64,000 nucleotides of DNA from an uncultured delta proteobacterium (GTDB taxonomy: Bacteria > Myxococcota > Myxococcia > SLRQ01). Positions within the stretch are counted from its first letter, which is position 1, and the number at the start of each line of letters is the position of its first letter. The notes beneath the pieces were generated by a model, which saw only the letters and a program-made list of their open reading frames with translations, was not told where the DNA came from and made no database searches. Below are positions 50,861 through 64,000 of the stretch, in pieces. The DNA lies in assembly GCA_963727485.1 (NCBI GenBank), contig CAVSGM010000011.1, forward strand, positions 96,001 to 160,000, written 5' to 3'. Position numbers and translations under genes: made by a program.

Positions 50861-50942
50861 GCGCCCAGCCTACCAGGGCCCGGGGGGCGCCGGGGTCGGT
50901 CGATCGGCCGAAGGGTCGATCCGCGCCGGGGCGGGCCGCCGG

Positions 50943-52353
50943 CTAGGGCACGCCGAGGACGATGAGCCCGGGGCGGCGATCCGGGGCCCCCGACGAGGCC
51001 AGGGCCGCGGCGGTGCCGGCGATCACCGCCACCCCGGCGCCGGTGGCGGCCCAGAACCACCAGGTCCGGGCAAAGGGCGGGAGCTTGAAGCTCACCGGGG
51101 GCGGGGGCTTGGGCAGGGGCGCCGGCTCGGCGGCGACCTTGGGCAGCCAACCCCGGCCGAGGCCGTCGAGGTCCCGGCCCCGGCGGGCGTCGCCATCGGC
51201 GAGGACCAGGGAGGTCGTCGCCACCCGCAGGCCCTTCGCCGGGGCGTAGGCGGTGAGGTGGAGCACCGGCGGGCCCTGCTTCGCCGGGACCACGCGACCG
51301 AGAACCAGCCGGTCGGCGGGGAAGCGCGCGGCGAGGGCGGCGGCGGCCTTGGGGAGCTTCTGGGGACCGGCGGCGGCGGTGGCGGCCCCGGCGGCCTTGG
51401 CGTAGGCGCCGGCGAGGGGGCCCGCGTCGAGGCGGACCTTCACCGGTGGGCCCACCCCGGCGGCGACGTCGGTGGTGAGGACCTCGGGGAGCCGCCCCCG
51501 GCGCGCGATCACCAGGAGGTGGGTGCCCACGGTGACCTTCTCCAGGGTCAGGGGGGTCACGCCGCGCCAGCGTCCGTCGATGAGCACGTTGGCCCCGGCG
51601 GGGGCGCTGACCACGGTGAGCGGCGCCTGGGGCCGGGCGGCGACCTCGACCCGGGCGCCGTTGAAGGCCTTCGCCAGCGGCGGCGAGAAGATCGTCGGGT
51701 CGGGCTGGTGATCGGGGTCGAGGAGGAGGGCGCGGACGAAGGCGGCGTGGGCGGCGTCCTGGTCCCCGGCGAGGAACCGGGTGGCCCCGAGGAAGACCAG
51801 GGCCCGGACCAGGGGCGCCGGGGTGGCCAGGGCGGGCAGCCCGGCGGTGAAGGCCTTGGCGGCGTCCTCGAAGTCGTTGCCGGCGTGGTCGAGGTCGAGG
51901 TTGTCGTAGGCCTTGCGGCCCTCGGCGAAGGCCTGGCGCCCGTCCTCGAGGTGCCCGGCGAGGGCGGCTGCCGCGGGGCCGAGGAGGATCGGCGCCGGGT
52001 CGTAGGGGCGGACACCGGGGTCGGCGGAGAGGGCGGCGGTGAGGCGGTGCTGGGCCTCGGCGGCGAGGGCGACGTCGCCGTGCTCGGCGGCGGTGACCAC
52101 CACCAGGACCCGGGGCGCGGCCGGGTGCGCCGGGGCCGCGGGGGCGGCGGGCTTCGCCGCAGCGGCGTGGGCGGGCGCGGCGTCGGGCGCGGCGGGCGCG
52201 GGCGGGCGCGGCGTCGGAGGGCGCGGCGTCGGAGGGCGCGGCGGCAGCGTCGGCCGGGGCCGCCGGGGCGTCCCCCTCCGCGCGGGCCGCGCCGGGGACG
52301 ATCGCGAGGCTGAGGATCAGGAGCCCGGGGAGGGCGGAGGCAGGCCAGCGCAT
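50943..52353 (-). CDS. Exported TPR-PEGA protein with C-terminal TM (frameshift near 52200)
   Basis: Signal peptide in the 52353 frame; [21 protein letters not shown] and WWFW-TM in the 50943..52103 frame. Confidence 0.75.
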
Positions 52354-52506
52354 CCCCTCCATGCTCCGCCCCCGCCCGCGCGGGTGTCAAGCGCGGATCG
52401 CCCTGGCTTTACAGGGGATCCGGGCCACTGCTACAACCCTCGCCTACCGACGCCGGTCGCGACGCGATCCGTCGCCCCCGGCCCCGATCCGGAGGTTGAA
52501 GCGCCC

Positions 52507-54212
52507 ATGGCGAGGTCGCGTTCCGCCGCCAAGGCGGCGTCCCAGGCGGACCTCTTCGCCGCGAAGGAGAAGCCGGTGGCGAAGAAGACGGTGGCCAGCA
52601 AGACCGCGCCGGAGGCCGCCCCCCGGCGCGCGGGCAAGGGCAAGCCCCGGCGGGGCCGCACCGCCGCGGAGATGGCCACGCGCCAGCGCGAGATCAGCGT
52701 CTCCGAGTTCTTCACCAAGAACCGCCACCTCCTCGGCTTCGACAGCCCCAGCCGGGCCCTGCTCACCGCGGTGAAGGAGGCGGTGGACAACGCCCTCGAC
52801 GCCTGCGAGGAGGCGGGGATCCTCCCGGACCTGGCGGTGGAGATCGTCGAGATCGACGAGAACCGCTACCGCATCAGCGTCGCGGACAACGGCCCGGGGA
52901 TCGTCAAGGCCCAGGTCCCGAGGATCTTCGGCAAGCTCCTCTACGGCTCCAAGTTCCACACCCTCAAGCAGAGCCGGGGGCAGCAGGGCATCGGGATCAG
53001 CGCCGCGGGGATGTACGGGCAGCTCACCACCGGCCGCCCGGTGGTCATCACCTCCAAGGTCCCGAAGCGCCCGGCCCACCACTTCGAGATCGTCCTCGAC
53101 ACCGCCAGGAACCAGCCGAAGATCCTCACCGAGGACACGGTGGAGTGGGACCAGGCGTCGGGCACCCGGGTGGAGATCGAGCTCGAGGGCACCTACCGCC
53201 GCGGCACCCGTTCGGTGGACGAGTACGTGACCCTCACGGCCATGGCGAACCCCCACGCTCGCGTCCGTTACAAGGCGCCGAAGGACGACGAGGTCGAGTT
53301 CCCCCGGCAGATCGACGAGCTGCCCGTGGAGGCCCGGGAGATCAAGCCGCACCCCTACGGCGTGGAGCTCGGCGTCCTCATCAAGATGCTCCAGACCACC
53401 AAGGCGAAGAACCTCGCCCCGGCGCTCTCCAAGGACTTCTCCCGGGTGAGCCCCAAGGTGGCCCAGGAGATCTGCAAGGTCGCCGGGCTCTCGCCGCGGA
53501 TGTGGGTGAGCCAGCTGACCACCGAGCAGGTCGAGGCCCTCTACAAGGCCATCCCCAAGGTGCGGATCCTGGCGCCGCCCACCAGCTGCCTCTCGCCCAT
53601 CGGCGAGGAGCAGATGCTTGCCGGGCTCCTCGCGGGCCTCAAGGCCCAGGGGCACGAGCCGGTGTTCTCCACCGCCACCACGCGCAGCCCCGCCATCTAC
53701 CGGGGCAACCCCTTCCAGGTGGAGGTGGCGCTCGCCTACGGCGGCAACCTCCCCGCCGACGACCTGGCGCAGCTCTACCGCTTCGCCAACCGGGTGCCGC
53801 TCCAGTACCAGCAGTCGGCCTGCGCCATCACCAAGGCGGTGATGGGCGCCGGGTGGCGCAACTACGGCCTCCAGCAGTCGCGCGGGGCCCTGCCCACCGG
53901 GCCGGTTCGCTCATGGTCCACATCGCCAGCGTCTGGGTGCCGTTCACCTCCGAGTCCAAGGAGGCCATCGCCTACTACCACGAGATCCTCAAGGAGCTGC
54001 GGCTCGCCCTCCAGGAGTGCGGGCGGCAGCTCGGGCGCTTCATCCGAAGGCGCAAGCGCGAGCTCGACGAGAACCGAAGCGCGCCACATCGAGACCTACA
54101 TCCCCACATCGGCGAGGCCCTGCAGGAGATCCTCGCCCTCACCGACAAGGACCGGGACGCCACGGTGGAAGAGCTCACGGGCATCCTCCACCGGTCCCGG
54201 AAGAACGGCTGA
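52507..54212 (+). CDS. top6B: DNA topoisomerase VI subunit B (frameshifted near 53905 and 54075-54100)
   Basis: [81 protein letters not shown]. Confidence 0.93.
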
Positions 54213-55378
54213 TGGCACGCAAGAAGACCGGAAACGGCGGCGAGGACGCCCACGCCAAGGAGAAGGCCCGCCTCGACCAGGTGACGGTGAAGGCCATCGA
54301 CGGCGCCGCCGAGGCCATCCACGCGGCGGCGCACAAGAACCAGAAGCCCGAGCTGAAGTTCCCGGTGCGCTCGCTGTCCAACGTCAGCTACGACGCGAAG
54401 CGCGGCTACTTCGAGATCGGCCGGTCGCGGAAGGTCCGCACGCTGACTGAACACCGTCAAGGCCTTCGCCCAGACCCTCAGGCTGATGGCCCTCTCCAAG
54501 GAGCTGGTGGAGACCAACGACTTCGCCACCAAGCGAGACGCCTACTACCAGATCAAGAACTGGGGCGAGGCGAAGTTCGACGAGCAGACCGAGTCCGACG
54601 CGGTGATGGACGACATCGAGGCGATGTTCTCCGCTCGCGGCGTCTCCCGCGAGCAGCTGCGCTTCGTGCCCCGAGGAGCACGGCGGCGCGGTGGCCGGCG
54701 AGCTGGTGGTCATCGACCGCGACCTCGAGACCGGCGAGCCGCATCGAGCATCGACTGCACCCGCTTCGGCTCCGGCGCCTACACCATCCCCCACTCGGTG
54801 GAGCACCTGGAGTTCGAGACCAAGGCGAAGTTCATCCTCGCCATCGAGACCGGCGGTATGTTCCAGCGCCTGCCAGCCCACAAGTACTGGCGAGAAGGCG
54901 AACTGCATCCTCGTCTCCATGGGCGGCGTGCCGACGCGCGCCTGACCCGGCGCTTCATCCGCCGGCTCTCGGACGAGCCGCAAGATCCCGGTCTACGCCT
55001 TCGTCGACTGCGACCCCTACGGGATCAGCAACATCTACCGGACCCTCAAGGTCGGCTCGGGGAACGCGGCGCACATCAACCAGTTCTTCTGCGTGCCCCA
55101 GGCGCGCTTCCTCGGCGTGACGCCCCAGGACATCATCGACTTCGAGCTCCAGGACGCCACCCACCCGCTCCAGGACGTGGACATCAAGCGGGCCAAGGAC
55201 GCCCTGAAGAACGACCCGTTCTTCCAGCACCACAAGGCCTGGCAGAAGGCGCTCAACCAGACTGCTCAAGATGGGCGTCCGCGCCGAGCAGCAGGCCCTG
55301 GCGAAGTGGGGCCTCAACTACGTGATGGACGAGTACCTCCCCGAGAAGCTGGCGAACACCGGGCGGTTCCTGCCCTGA
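54212..55378 (+). CDS. top6A: DNA topoisomerase VI subunit A (Spo11-like), multiple frameshifts
   Basis: TKRDAYY (catalytic Tyr region), [42 protein letters not shown] spread over several frames. Confidence 0.9.
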
Positions 55379-55393
55379 CGAATGGAGGCGGCG

Positions 55394-56200
55394 ATGACGC
55401 GGTGGCTCTTGCTCTCCCTGTGCGTGGTGTCCCTCTCCGGCTGCAGGGCGGGCACCTCACCGGCCGGGGCGCCGCCGCGCCCGGCGGGGTCCTCGGCGAA
55501 GGCGGCGGCGGCCGAGAGGACCGCCGAGGGGGCGTCAGGCTCGGGGGCCAAGGCGCCTTCGGCGCACCTCGTCACCGCGGCCCCTGACGCCGGCCCCCCC
55601 GTCGCCCCGGACGCCGGCCCCGCCCCGAAGGGCGCGGCCCTCGACCCGGACCACTTCGTGGGCTTCTCCGGGGACGAGACCGAGTTCGCCTGGTCGAGCT
55701 ACTCCGACGGCGCCGGGTTCTACATCCTCACCCTCGTCGCCTCCACCACCGGCGCGCGGGTCACCGACCTGCCCCTCGACTCGCCGGCGGCGAAGGCCAA
55801 GGCCCGCTCGCTCCTCACCGGGCAGGGGTTCACCGCCACCCCGGTGCCCGCCGCCAAGGTGCTCCCGGCCGGGACCACCCTGAAGGTCACCGTCCCCGAT
55901 GGCGTGGTGAACGTCGCCCTGGTCCGGGGGGAAGGGCGGTCGCCCTCAGGGCCGGCAAGGACTTCCTCGAGACCTCAAAGCACTTCGGCGCGCCGAAGGC
56001 GACCCTCTGGGGCTTCTCGCCCAAGGGGACCTATGCGGCGGTGAAGCTCACCCAGAGCGGCGGCGCCGAGCTGGGGACCGCGGTCGCCTACCACGTGGTC
56101 GACGTGAAGGCGGGGTTGGAGCGTCTCGACGGGGCGCCGGCGAAGAAGTCGGCGGCGGGGGAAGGCGGCGGGCGGCCTCCCGCCCGTCCTCGACCGCCAA
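55394..56200 (+). CDS. Lipoprotein of unknown function; frameshift at ~55940, 3' end approximate
   Basis: LSGC lipobox, GGAGG RBS; coding-like sequence continues in a shifted frame. Confidence 0.55.
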
Positions 56201-56205
56201 GGGGC

Positions 56206-57642
56206 CTACCGCCGCGGGGTGTCGCCGACGAAGAAGGTCGACGCCACCAGGAACCCGGCCTCGCCGAGGCGGGCCGGGAGCGAGCGCAGGACCTGCTCGG
56301 CCTTCACCAGCTCGGTGAACGACTTGTGGGAGAGGGTCGCCAGGACCGTCTCCTCGGTGCACTCCGCCGAGGCGTTGGTGGGGATCCCGGTGAGGGCGGA
56401 GATGCACCCGAAGACCTGGCCCCGGCCGAGGCGGGCGCGGACCTGGGTCTGGCCGCCGCTGCGCCCGGTGATCGCCACCTCGCCCTTGACCACCAGCCAC
56501 ACCCCGTTGGTCACCTCGCCCACCGACACCACCGGCTGACGGGCGGGGTGGCGGTGCTGGCGGAAGCGGTGGGTGAGCTCGAGGCGGGTGGCGCGGTCGA
56601 GGTCCCGGAACCCCGCGGTGGTGCCCAGGAAGGTCTCGAGGAGGCGCTGGCGGTAGAAGGCGCCGATGGCCTTCTTGGAGGCGGGGTGGTCCTTCATCAC
56701 CTCGGCGAGGGCGTGGTGGGTGACCTCGAAGACCACCGACGGCGCCCGGGCGCGGACGGTGGCGTTGCGTCGGCGCCCGGAGTAGAGGCCGAGCACCCCG
56801 GCCACCTGGCCCTCGCCGAGGACCGCGAGGAGCGAGTCGCGGCCCCCGCGGCCGGTGATGGCCTCGAGCTCGCCCTCGGCGACGATGAAGAAGCTGCGGG
56901 CGCCGGCGCCCTCCTCGAAGAGGAGGTCCCCGTCCTCGAGGGTGAGGCGGGTCATGCCGGTGGCCAGCGTCATGAACGCCCCCTGGCCCAGGCTCCCCAG
57001 AAGCGGCACCTCGCCGAGGCGGGCGCCCTCGAGGGCGGCCCGGGCGTGCTCCGCCGACGCCGGCCGGGCGCGATCGCCGGTGTGGAGCTGCTCCTCGACC
57101 ACCTCGAGGGCGGCGTCGTCCTCGGCGTAGGCCTCCGGGGGGGGCGGGGGCGGCGCCTTGGCGCTCTTCGCGGCCTGGATCCGCTCGACCTCGGCGGGGT
57201 CGTCGAGGACCTGGAGGGCCTTCACGGAGGTGGCGGTGAACTCCCGGGGGATGCGCCCGACGACGGTGCCCTCCCGGGGCGCCTCGGCCAGGGGCACGGC
57301 GATGCGCCCGGCCCCGCCGGCGCCGGGGTTCTTGGCGTAGAGGCGCGCCATCTCCAGGAGCAGCTCGTGATCGTCGGGGGCGACCGCGAGCATCTCCTTG
57401 GCCAACGCCAGGGCCCGGAGCCCCTGTCCCCGATGGGAGAGCTCGTGGACCGCCACCCGGTACCAGCGCAGGGCGCGCTTCGGTTCGCCGAGGAGCCGGT
57501 GGGCCCGGGCCACCCGCACCATGGAGCGCAGATCCTCGGGGTGCCGCTTGAGAATCTTCTGCAGGCTCTTGAGGGCGCGGCGGAGGGTCGCCGGATCCGG
57601 CGGTGACGGCGCGTGGCGCTCGGCGGGGGTGGCAGGAGACAT
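56206..57642 (-). CDS. TPR + two cyclic-nucleotide-binding domain protein
   Basis: N-terminal TPR-like helices; LFEEG..FFIVAEGEL..RNATVRA and second WLVVKGEV..FGCIS..NASA. Confidence 0.85.
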   Translation of the reverse strand: MSPATPAERHAPSPPDPATLRRALKSLQKILKRHPEDLRSMVRVARAHRLLGEPKRALRWYRVAVHELSHRGQGLRALALAKEMLAVAPDDHELLLEMARLYAKNPGAGGAGRIAVPLAEAPREGTVVGRIPREFTATSVKALQVLDDPAEVERIQAAKSAKAPPPPPPEAYAEDDAALEVVEEQLHTGDRARPASAEHARAALEGARLGEVPLLGSLGQGAFMTLATGMTRLTLEDGDLLFEEGAGARSFFIVAEGELEAITGRGGRDSLLAVLGEGQVAGVLGLYSGRRRNATVRARAPSVVFEVTHHALAEVMKDHPASKKAIGAFYRQRLLETFLGTTAGFRDLDRATRLELTHRFRQHRHPARQPVVSVGEVTNGVWLVVKGEVAITGRSGGQTQVRARLGRGQVFGCISALTGIPTNASAECTEETVLATLSHKSFTELVKAEQVLRSLPARLGEAGFLVASTFFVGDTPRR

Positions 57643-57756
57643 CGCGGTGCGATCGTATCACGGCGATCCCGGCGCCGCGACGGGGCGACGGTGCGAGGTC
57701 CGGCGCGCCGCCCCCGGGCCCGGGTCCAGTCCGGGGCGCGTCGGTCGCCTGGCCCG

Positions 57757-60112
57757 TCAGGGGGTGCCGGCGACCGCCGACCGCAGGGGCCCCGAGGGGG
57801 AGCTGCGCAGGCCCAGGTGGAGGTCGGCGTCGATGCCGCCGGTCCCCGGCGCCCCGTAAATCCAGGCGTAGGCCCGCGCCGCCGAGAGCACGGTGCGCAC
57901 GTAGGACCGGGTCTCGTCGAAGGGGATGACCTCCACGAAGGCGTCCACGGGCAGATCGCCCCAGCGGGCGAGCCACCAATCCACCGCGCCGGCCCCGGCG
58001 TTGTAGGCGGCCAGCGCCAGGACCTCGGAGCCGTGGAAGTGGCGCAGGAGCTTCTTGAGGTGCCAGGCCCCGAGCTCGAGGTTGTAGCGGGGATCGCAGA
58101 GCCGGCGCCGGGTGGGGTGGGGGAGCCGGAGGTCCCCGGCGGCGTCCCGGGCGGTGGGGAGGATGAGCTGGGTGAGGCCGTAGGCCGCGGCGCCGGAGCG
58201 CACGCAGGTGCGCCATCCGCTCTCCCGGAGCACCAGGCCGTCGACCAGCCAGGGCGAGAGGTGGAAGCGCCGCGCCATCCGGGTGACCACGTCCACGTGG
58301 TAGCGGGGGAAGGCCTGGTGCCAGGCGCGCTCGCGCTGTGCCGGCGAGAGGCCGCCGGGGTGGCGCATCACCGCCTCGCGGTAGAGGGACCGGGCGGCGG
58401 CGGTGCGGTGGAGGCCGGCGAGGAGGTCGGCGGCGACCAGGAGGTCGCGGCCCCGCACCCGCCGGACCCGCCCGGTGAGGAACGGGGTCAGCTCCAGGGT
58501 GGCGGCGCGGACCCAGCCGAGGTGGGCCGCCTGCCGGGCGCGGCGGAGGCGGGGGCCCGGGGGCCGGCGGACCTCGGAGCTGGGCGGGGTGGGCAAAAGC
58601 GACACCGCCGCGGCGCCGGCGAGGTGCGCCCGGGAGAGCGCCGCGTAGTACGAGAGGGGGTAGCGCGAGAGGATGGCCCGGTAGCCCGCCTGGGCGGCGG
58701 CGATGTGCCCGGCGCGGCCCAGGGCCCGCGCCGACCAGTAGAGGCTCCGGGCGGCGGCGGTGATGGGGGCGGCGCCGCGCTCGGTCTCCCGGGCGGCGCG
58801 CGCCGGGGCCTCCTTGGCGGCGGTGGCGAAGAACTCGGCGGCGCGCGCGGCGTGGCCGAGGCGGAGCTGGACCCAGCCCATGAGGAAGAGGGCCCGGGGG
58901 CGCCTCGGGTCCACCGGGTTGAGGAGCAGGAACGCCCGGAGGTGGCGCCGCGCCGCGGTGTAGGCCCGGAGCCGGGCCTCCAGGGTGGCGGCGGCGAGGA
59001 GGGCCCTCGGGGCCAGGGGGTGGTCCGCGTGGTCCGCGGCCACGGCGGCGAAGGCCCGGGCGGCGGCGTGGTCCTGGCCCGCGGCCCGGGCGGCGACGCC
59101 CAGGGCGTAGGTGGCCCGGGCCGAGAGGTCGGTGTCCCCGGCGTGGGTGGCGCGGCGGGCGGCCTCGGCGAAGCGGGTCATGGCCTCGGGGTCGTGGCCG
59201 GCGCGGTGGGCGAGGCGGCCCCGGAGGAAGAGGATCGTCGCCCGGAGCGGCCGGGCCCGGGGCGTGGCCCGCGAGGCGGGCGAGGGCGGCGGCGCGGTGG
59301 CGGGTGGTGAGGGCCGCGGCGAGGTCGGACCAGGCCCGGGCGAGGTGCCGGTGGTGGTGGGCGTCGAGGACGGCGAGCCGGCCGGCGGCCCGGGCGGCCA
59401 CCGGGCCCCCGGGGTGGGCGAGGACCGCGGCCCGGAACGCCTGCGCCGCCCGGAACCGGTGGTCGAGGGCGGACTCGGCGCGGCCGAGGCGGAAGAGGAC
59501 CTCGTCGGCCCGGGGGGCGTCGGGGGTGTGGCGCCAGGGCCGCAGGGTCTTCGCCACCGCCTTGGCCTCGCCGAGGTCGAGGCGGACGTCGGCCAGGAGG
59601 AGCAGCGCGTCGAGGTGGAACCGGCTGTCCTCGGGGACCGCGGCGAGGACCTCCGAGGCCTTGGCGTCCTGGCCCAGGTGGTGGAGGGCGGCGCCGAGGT
59701 GGTAGCGCACCCGGTCGCGGAGGAGGGGCCCGGCGAGGAGGACGCCCTCGAGGTCCTCGACGGCGTCGGCCCAGCGCCGGGCCTGGTAGAGGGCCTCGGC
59801 CCGGAGGAAGCGCGCCTCGCGGCTCGCGGCGAGGGTGCCCGGGAGGTGGTCGAGGAGCGGGAGGGCGCGGCGGCCCTGGCCGCGGGCCACCAGGGCCGCG
59901 GGCCGGCGCAGGGCCGGGGCGAGGGGCGCCGGCGGGGTGTCGCCGAGGTCGGGGGCCGCCAGCGGGACCAGCGAGGGGGCGGCGAGGTCGGCGACGGCGC
60001 CGGCGCTCCCCGTCGGGCTCGCGGCCTGGGCGCAGAGGGGCCAGGCGGCGAGGACCACCGCGGCGAAGCGGCCAGTCCGGCGGGTGACACCTCTGCCTAC
60101 ACGGGACCACAT
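57757..60112 (-). CDS. Soluble lytic transglycosylase with TPR repeats (frameshift at ~59270)
   Basis: RESG, SGAAAYGLTQL, ALAAYNAG, IPFDETRSYV; signal peptide and TPRs upstream in another frame. Confidence 0.88.
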
Positions 60113-60183
60113 GGTCCCGCGAGTATACGGATCGCGGTTTCCCGGCTCCAGTTTGCGGCGGCGGCGTTTCGGGCGGGCGGCCG

Positions 60184-60939
60184 TCAGCCCACCTCGACGA
60201 CCGGGCCGTCCACCGGCCGGGCCAGGGCCAGGCGGGCGCGGCGGAGGGCGTCGTCGAGGGCGGCCCGGCCGGCGTCGAGGCGGAAGGGTCCCGAGCGCGG
60301 GAGCTCGGGGAAGACCAGGGCCACCAGGCCCGGGCGCCGCGGGACCTGCACCGAGCGGGCGGTGCGCCAGGGCGAGCGGGAGGCGAGGTGGTGGTGGAGC
60401 ACCCGGGTGCCCTTTGCGACGCCGGCGAGGCCCGGCCGGTCGGAGACCCCGCCGTCGACGTGAGGCCGGCCGTCGATCCACACCGGCTGGAAGAGCACCG
60501 GCACCGCGCAGGAGGCGTGGATGGCCAGCGCCAGGTCGCCCTGGTCGAGGACCCGGGTGCGCCGCGCCAGGACGTCGTGGACCGAGACGGTCAGCGGCAC
60601 CCGGGCTCCGGCGAAGCGCCTGAGGGGGAGCACCGCGTGAAGCTTGTCCCGGAACCGGCGACCCCGGAGCAGGCCCAGGCCCGGGCGCGGGTCCCAGAAG
60701 TCGCGGCGGGTCAGGCCCCGGAGCTCGGTGGCGATGTCGCCGGCGTCGAGGCCCGCGGCGAAGAGCCCGCCGACCAGGGCCCCGGCGCTCGACCCGGTGA
60801 GGGCCGCCGGCGCGAGGCCCGCCTCCTCGAGGGCGAGGAGGACGCCGGTGTGGGCGAAGAAGCCGAAGAAGCCCGAGGAGAGCCCCAGGGTGAAGGGGCC
60901 CTCGGCGAGCCACTCGGCGAGGGTGGGGGCGGCGGCCAT
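60184..60939 (-). CDS. Patatin-like phospholipase
   Basis: GSSAG, ASCAVP.LF, DGG. Confidence 0.88.
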   Translation of the reverse strand: MAAAPTLAEWLAEGPFTLGLSSGFFGFFAHTGVLLALEEAGLAPAALTGSSAGALVGGLFAAGLDAGDIATELRGLTRRDFWDPRPGLGLLRGRRFRDKLHAVLPLRRFAGARVPLTVSVHDVLARRTRVLDQGDLALAIHASCAVPVLFQPVWIDGRPHVDGGVSDRPGLAGVAKGTRVLHHHLASRSPWRTARSVQVPRRPGLVALVFPELPRSGPFRLDAGRAALDDALRRARLALARPVDGPVVEVG

Positions 60940-60961
60940 GGCCGTCGAGGAGGCCCGCGGG

Positions 60962-62482
<1,521 letters not shown>

Positions 62483-62635
62483 GGGGGGGCTCCTTCGGGT
62501 CGGGTCCGTGGGGGGCCGCGCATCCTAGCAGCGGGCCCCGAGGGGGTCCAGACGGGCGCCGGGCGGGCGCCCCGGGGCGGGCGGCACCGGGCGCTACCAA
62601 GTGGCCTCCGCGTGGATAGAGTTGCCCGGCCCGCC

Positions 62636-63520
62636 ATGCCCCACGCCCTGGTCCACGCCGCCGCCGTCGACGATCTCGCCGCCGCCCCCGAGGCGCTCCC
62701 CCCGCACATCGCCGAGGCGCTGCGGGCCCACCGGCCCTACGCCCGGTTCGGGGCCCTGCTCCCGGACCTGCCCTGGTTCGCCCTGCCGTGGCGGCGCCTG
62801 GTGGACGTCGCCACCGGCCGGCCGCCGGCGCCGCCGCCCTTCGCGACCCTGCTCCACAACGGCGCCCCGGTGGCCCTGGGGCTGCGCCTCGCCGAGCTGG
62901 TCGCCGGCGCCTCGTTCGTGGGCCGGCGGCCGGGGCTGGCGGTGGTCGCCGGCTACTTCAGCCACCTCGCCCTCGACCGCACCTTCCGCCCCCCGGTCGC
63001 CGACCTGGTCCGCCGCGAGGCGATGCCCGGGGAGGCGCTGCACCAGGTCGAGCGCCGGGTGGACTGGCAGCAGGCCCTCTTCTTCCTCCGCCGGCGTGAG
63101 AACCGCGACGTCCTCGGCTGGTCGGGCCTCCCCGAGCGCCTGCAGGTGGTCAAGCGCCAGGGCTTCCCCGTCCGCGGGGTGGGGCGGGGCATCGGTCTGC
63201 TGGTGCGCACCGCCTGCGCGGACACCCTGGGCGTGGCGCCGTCGCCCTCGGATCTCGACGGCTGGGTGCGCGGGCTCTACCTCTACGGCCGCGCGCTGGG
63301 CGGGCCCCTGGGGCCGCGCTTCGGGCTCCCCAAGGACCTGGGGACCCTGCGGGCGCGGATCTACCGCGGCGAGGCCATCGACTTCGACGGGCTCTACCTG
63401 GCGGCGGTGGACCGGGCGCGGCACCACGTGCGCCGGGCGTGTCGGTACCTGACCGAGGCGGACTTCGGCCTGGACGCGCGCCGGGCGTTCTTCGAGGACG
63501 TGCCCGAGGGGGCGGCGTAG
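62636..63520 (+). CDS. Zinc-dependent phospholipase C-like protein
   Basis: N-terminal MP...H, GALLPD, LH, GYFSHLALD. Confidence 0.7.
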   Translation: MPHALVHAAAVDDLAAAPEALPPHIAEALRAHRPYARFGALLPDLPWFALPWRRLVDVATGRPPAPPPFATLLHNGAPVALGLRLAELVAGASFVGRRPGLAVVAGYFSHLALDRTFRPPVADLVRREAMPGEALHQVERRVDWQQALFFLRRRENRDVLGWSGLPERLQVVKRQGFPVRGVGRGIGLLVRTACADTLGVAPSPSDLDGWVRGLYLYGRALGGPLGPRFGLPKDLGTLRARIYRGEAIDFDGLYLAAVDRARHHVRRACRYLTEADFGLDARRAFFEDVPEGAA

Positions 63521-63894
63521 GCGTGCGGGGTGGGGTGGGGGTGCGTGGCGCGGGGGGCGGTGCGTCGCGTGGGGTGCGCGCCGCCCTGCACGGGCCGCTA
63601 CGCGCCCTCGAGGACGACCTGCGAGGTCTACGGGAGAGTCCGCCTTGCGCTCCACCTCAATAGATCAGCGGACATCCTACCGGGTCGGTCTGACACTCGT
63701 TTGGCGTTCCGCCATTCGGCAGCTTTTTGGACTGCCATCTGGCAAGCCAAGTCGGATTGTCGTTCGGCGCGCAGACCCTCGCCTGGCGCCGCCCGGCGCC
63801 GGCACCCCGCCCGCAACCTTGAGCCGCCTGGTCCCGGTGCCTAGCCTCGGAGACAACGGGGAGGGCCCGGGTGGGAGCGGCCTGGGGCAATCAG

Positions 63895-64000
63895 ATGCCG
63901 GCGCGTCCGGCCCGGAGGCGCGCTGCGGTCCGGCGCGGCGCGGCGATCGCCGTGTCCCTCGCCTTGACCGTGGGGCCCGCCCGAACCGGAAGGGCCGCCC
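63895..64000 (+). CDS. Possible start of an exported protein (runs off the window)
   Basis: MPARPARRRAAVRRGAAIAVSLALTVG signal-like sequence, open to the window end. Confidence 0.35.
   Translation, partial: MPARPARRRAAVRRGAAIAVSLALTVGPARTGRAA

Noticed and set aside
56048..60913. Very long Arg/Pro/Gly-rich ORFs (1621 aa here; also 45471..49088 minus, 7748..10561 minus)
   Set aside because: Shadow or off-frame ORFs caused by scarce stop codons at very high GC; they overlap well-supported genes

Overview
64 kb of very GC-rich bacterial chromosome. Myxococcota-like affiliation is inferred from the Ser/Thr kinase-PEGA proteins, REC-DUF4388-type regulator, TPR-cNMP protein and several sigma-54 promoters. 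It holds about 55 mostly housekeeping or metabolic genes: proS, trpS, acs-pdhABC-ACP, slyD-znuABC, a sigma-54-regulated persulfide dioxygenase/rhodanese/TauE operon, a LOV photoreceptor, fdhD, pduO-type adenosyltransferase, trmB, a pspA-led envelope operon, archaeal-type topoisomerase VI A/B, an Slt and pepA. There is also an internally deleted IS481-family remnant. Many single-base frameshifts in conserved genes suggest long-read consensus errors. The standout is the 1.4 kb gap between trmB and pduO (36940-38340). It is a tandem duplication (period about 669 bp) of a complete non-coding transcription unit on the minus strand: TGCA-N4-TGCA enhancer sites, an IHF-like site, a sigma-54-like -24/-12 promoter, a ~370-nt structured RNA with four C-rich (UCCCCC) loops and compensatory base changes between copies, and a UUCG-capped intrinsic terminator. 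All assignments come from reading the sequence by eye; no database search was run.
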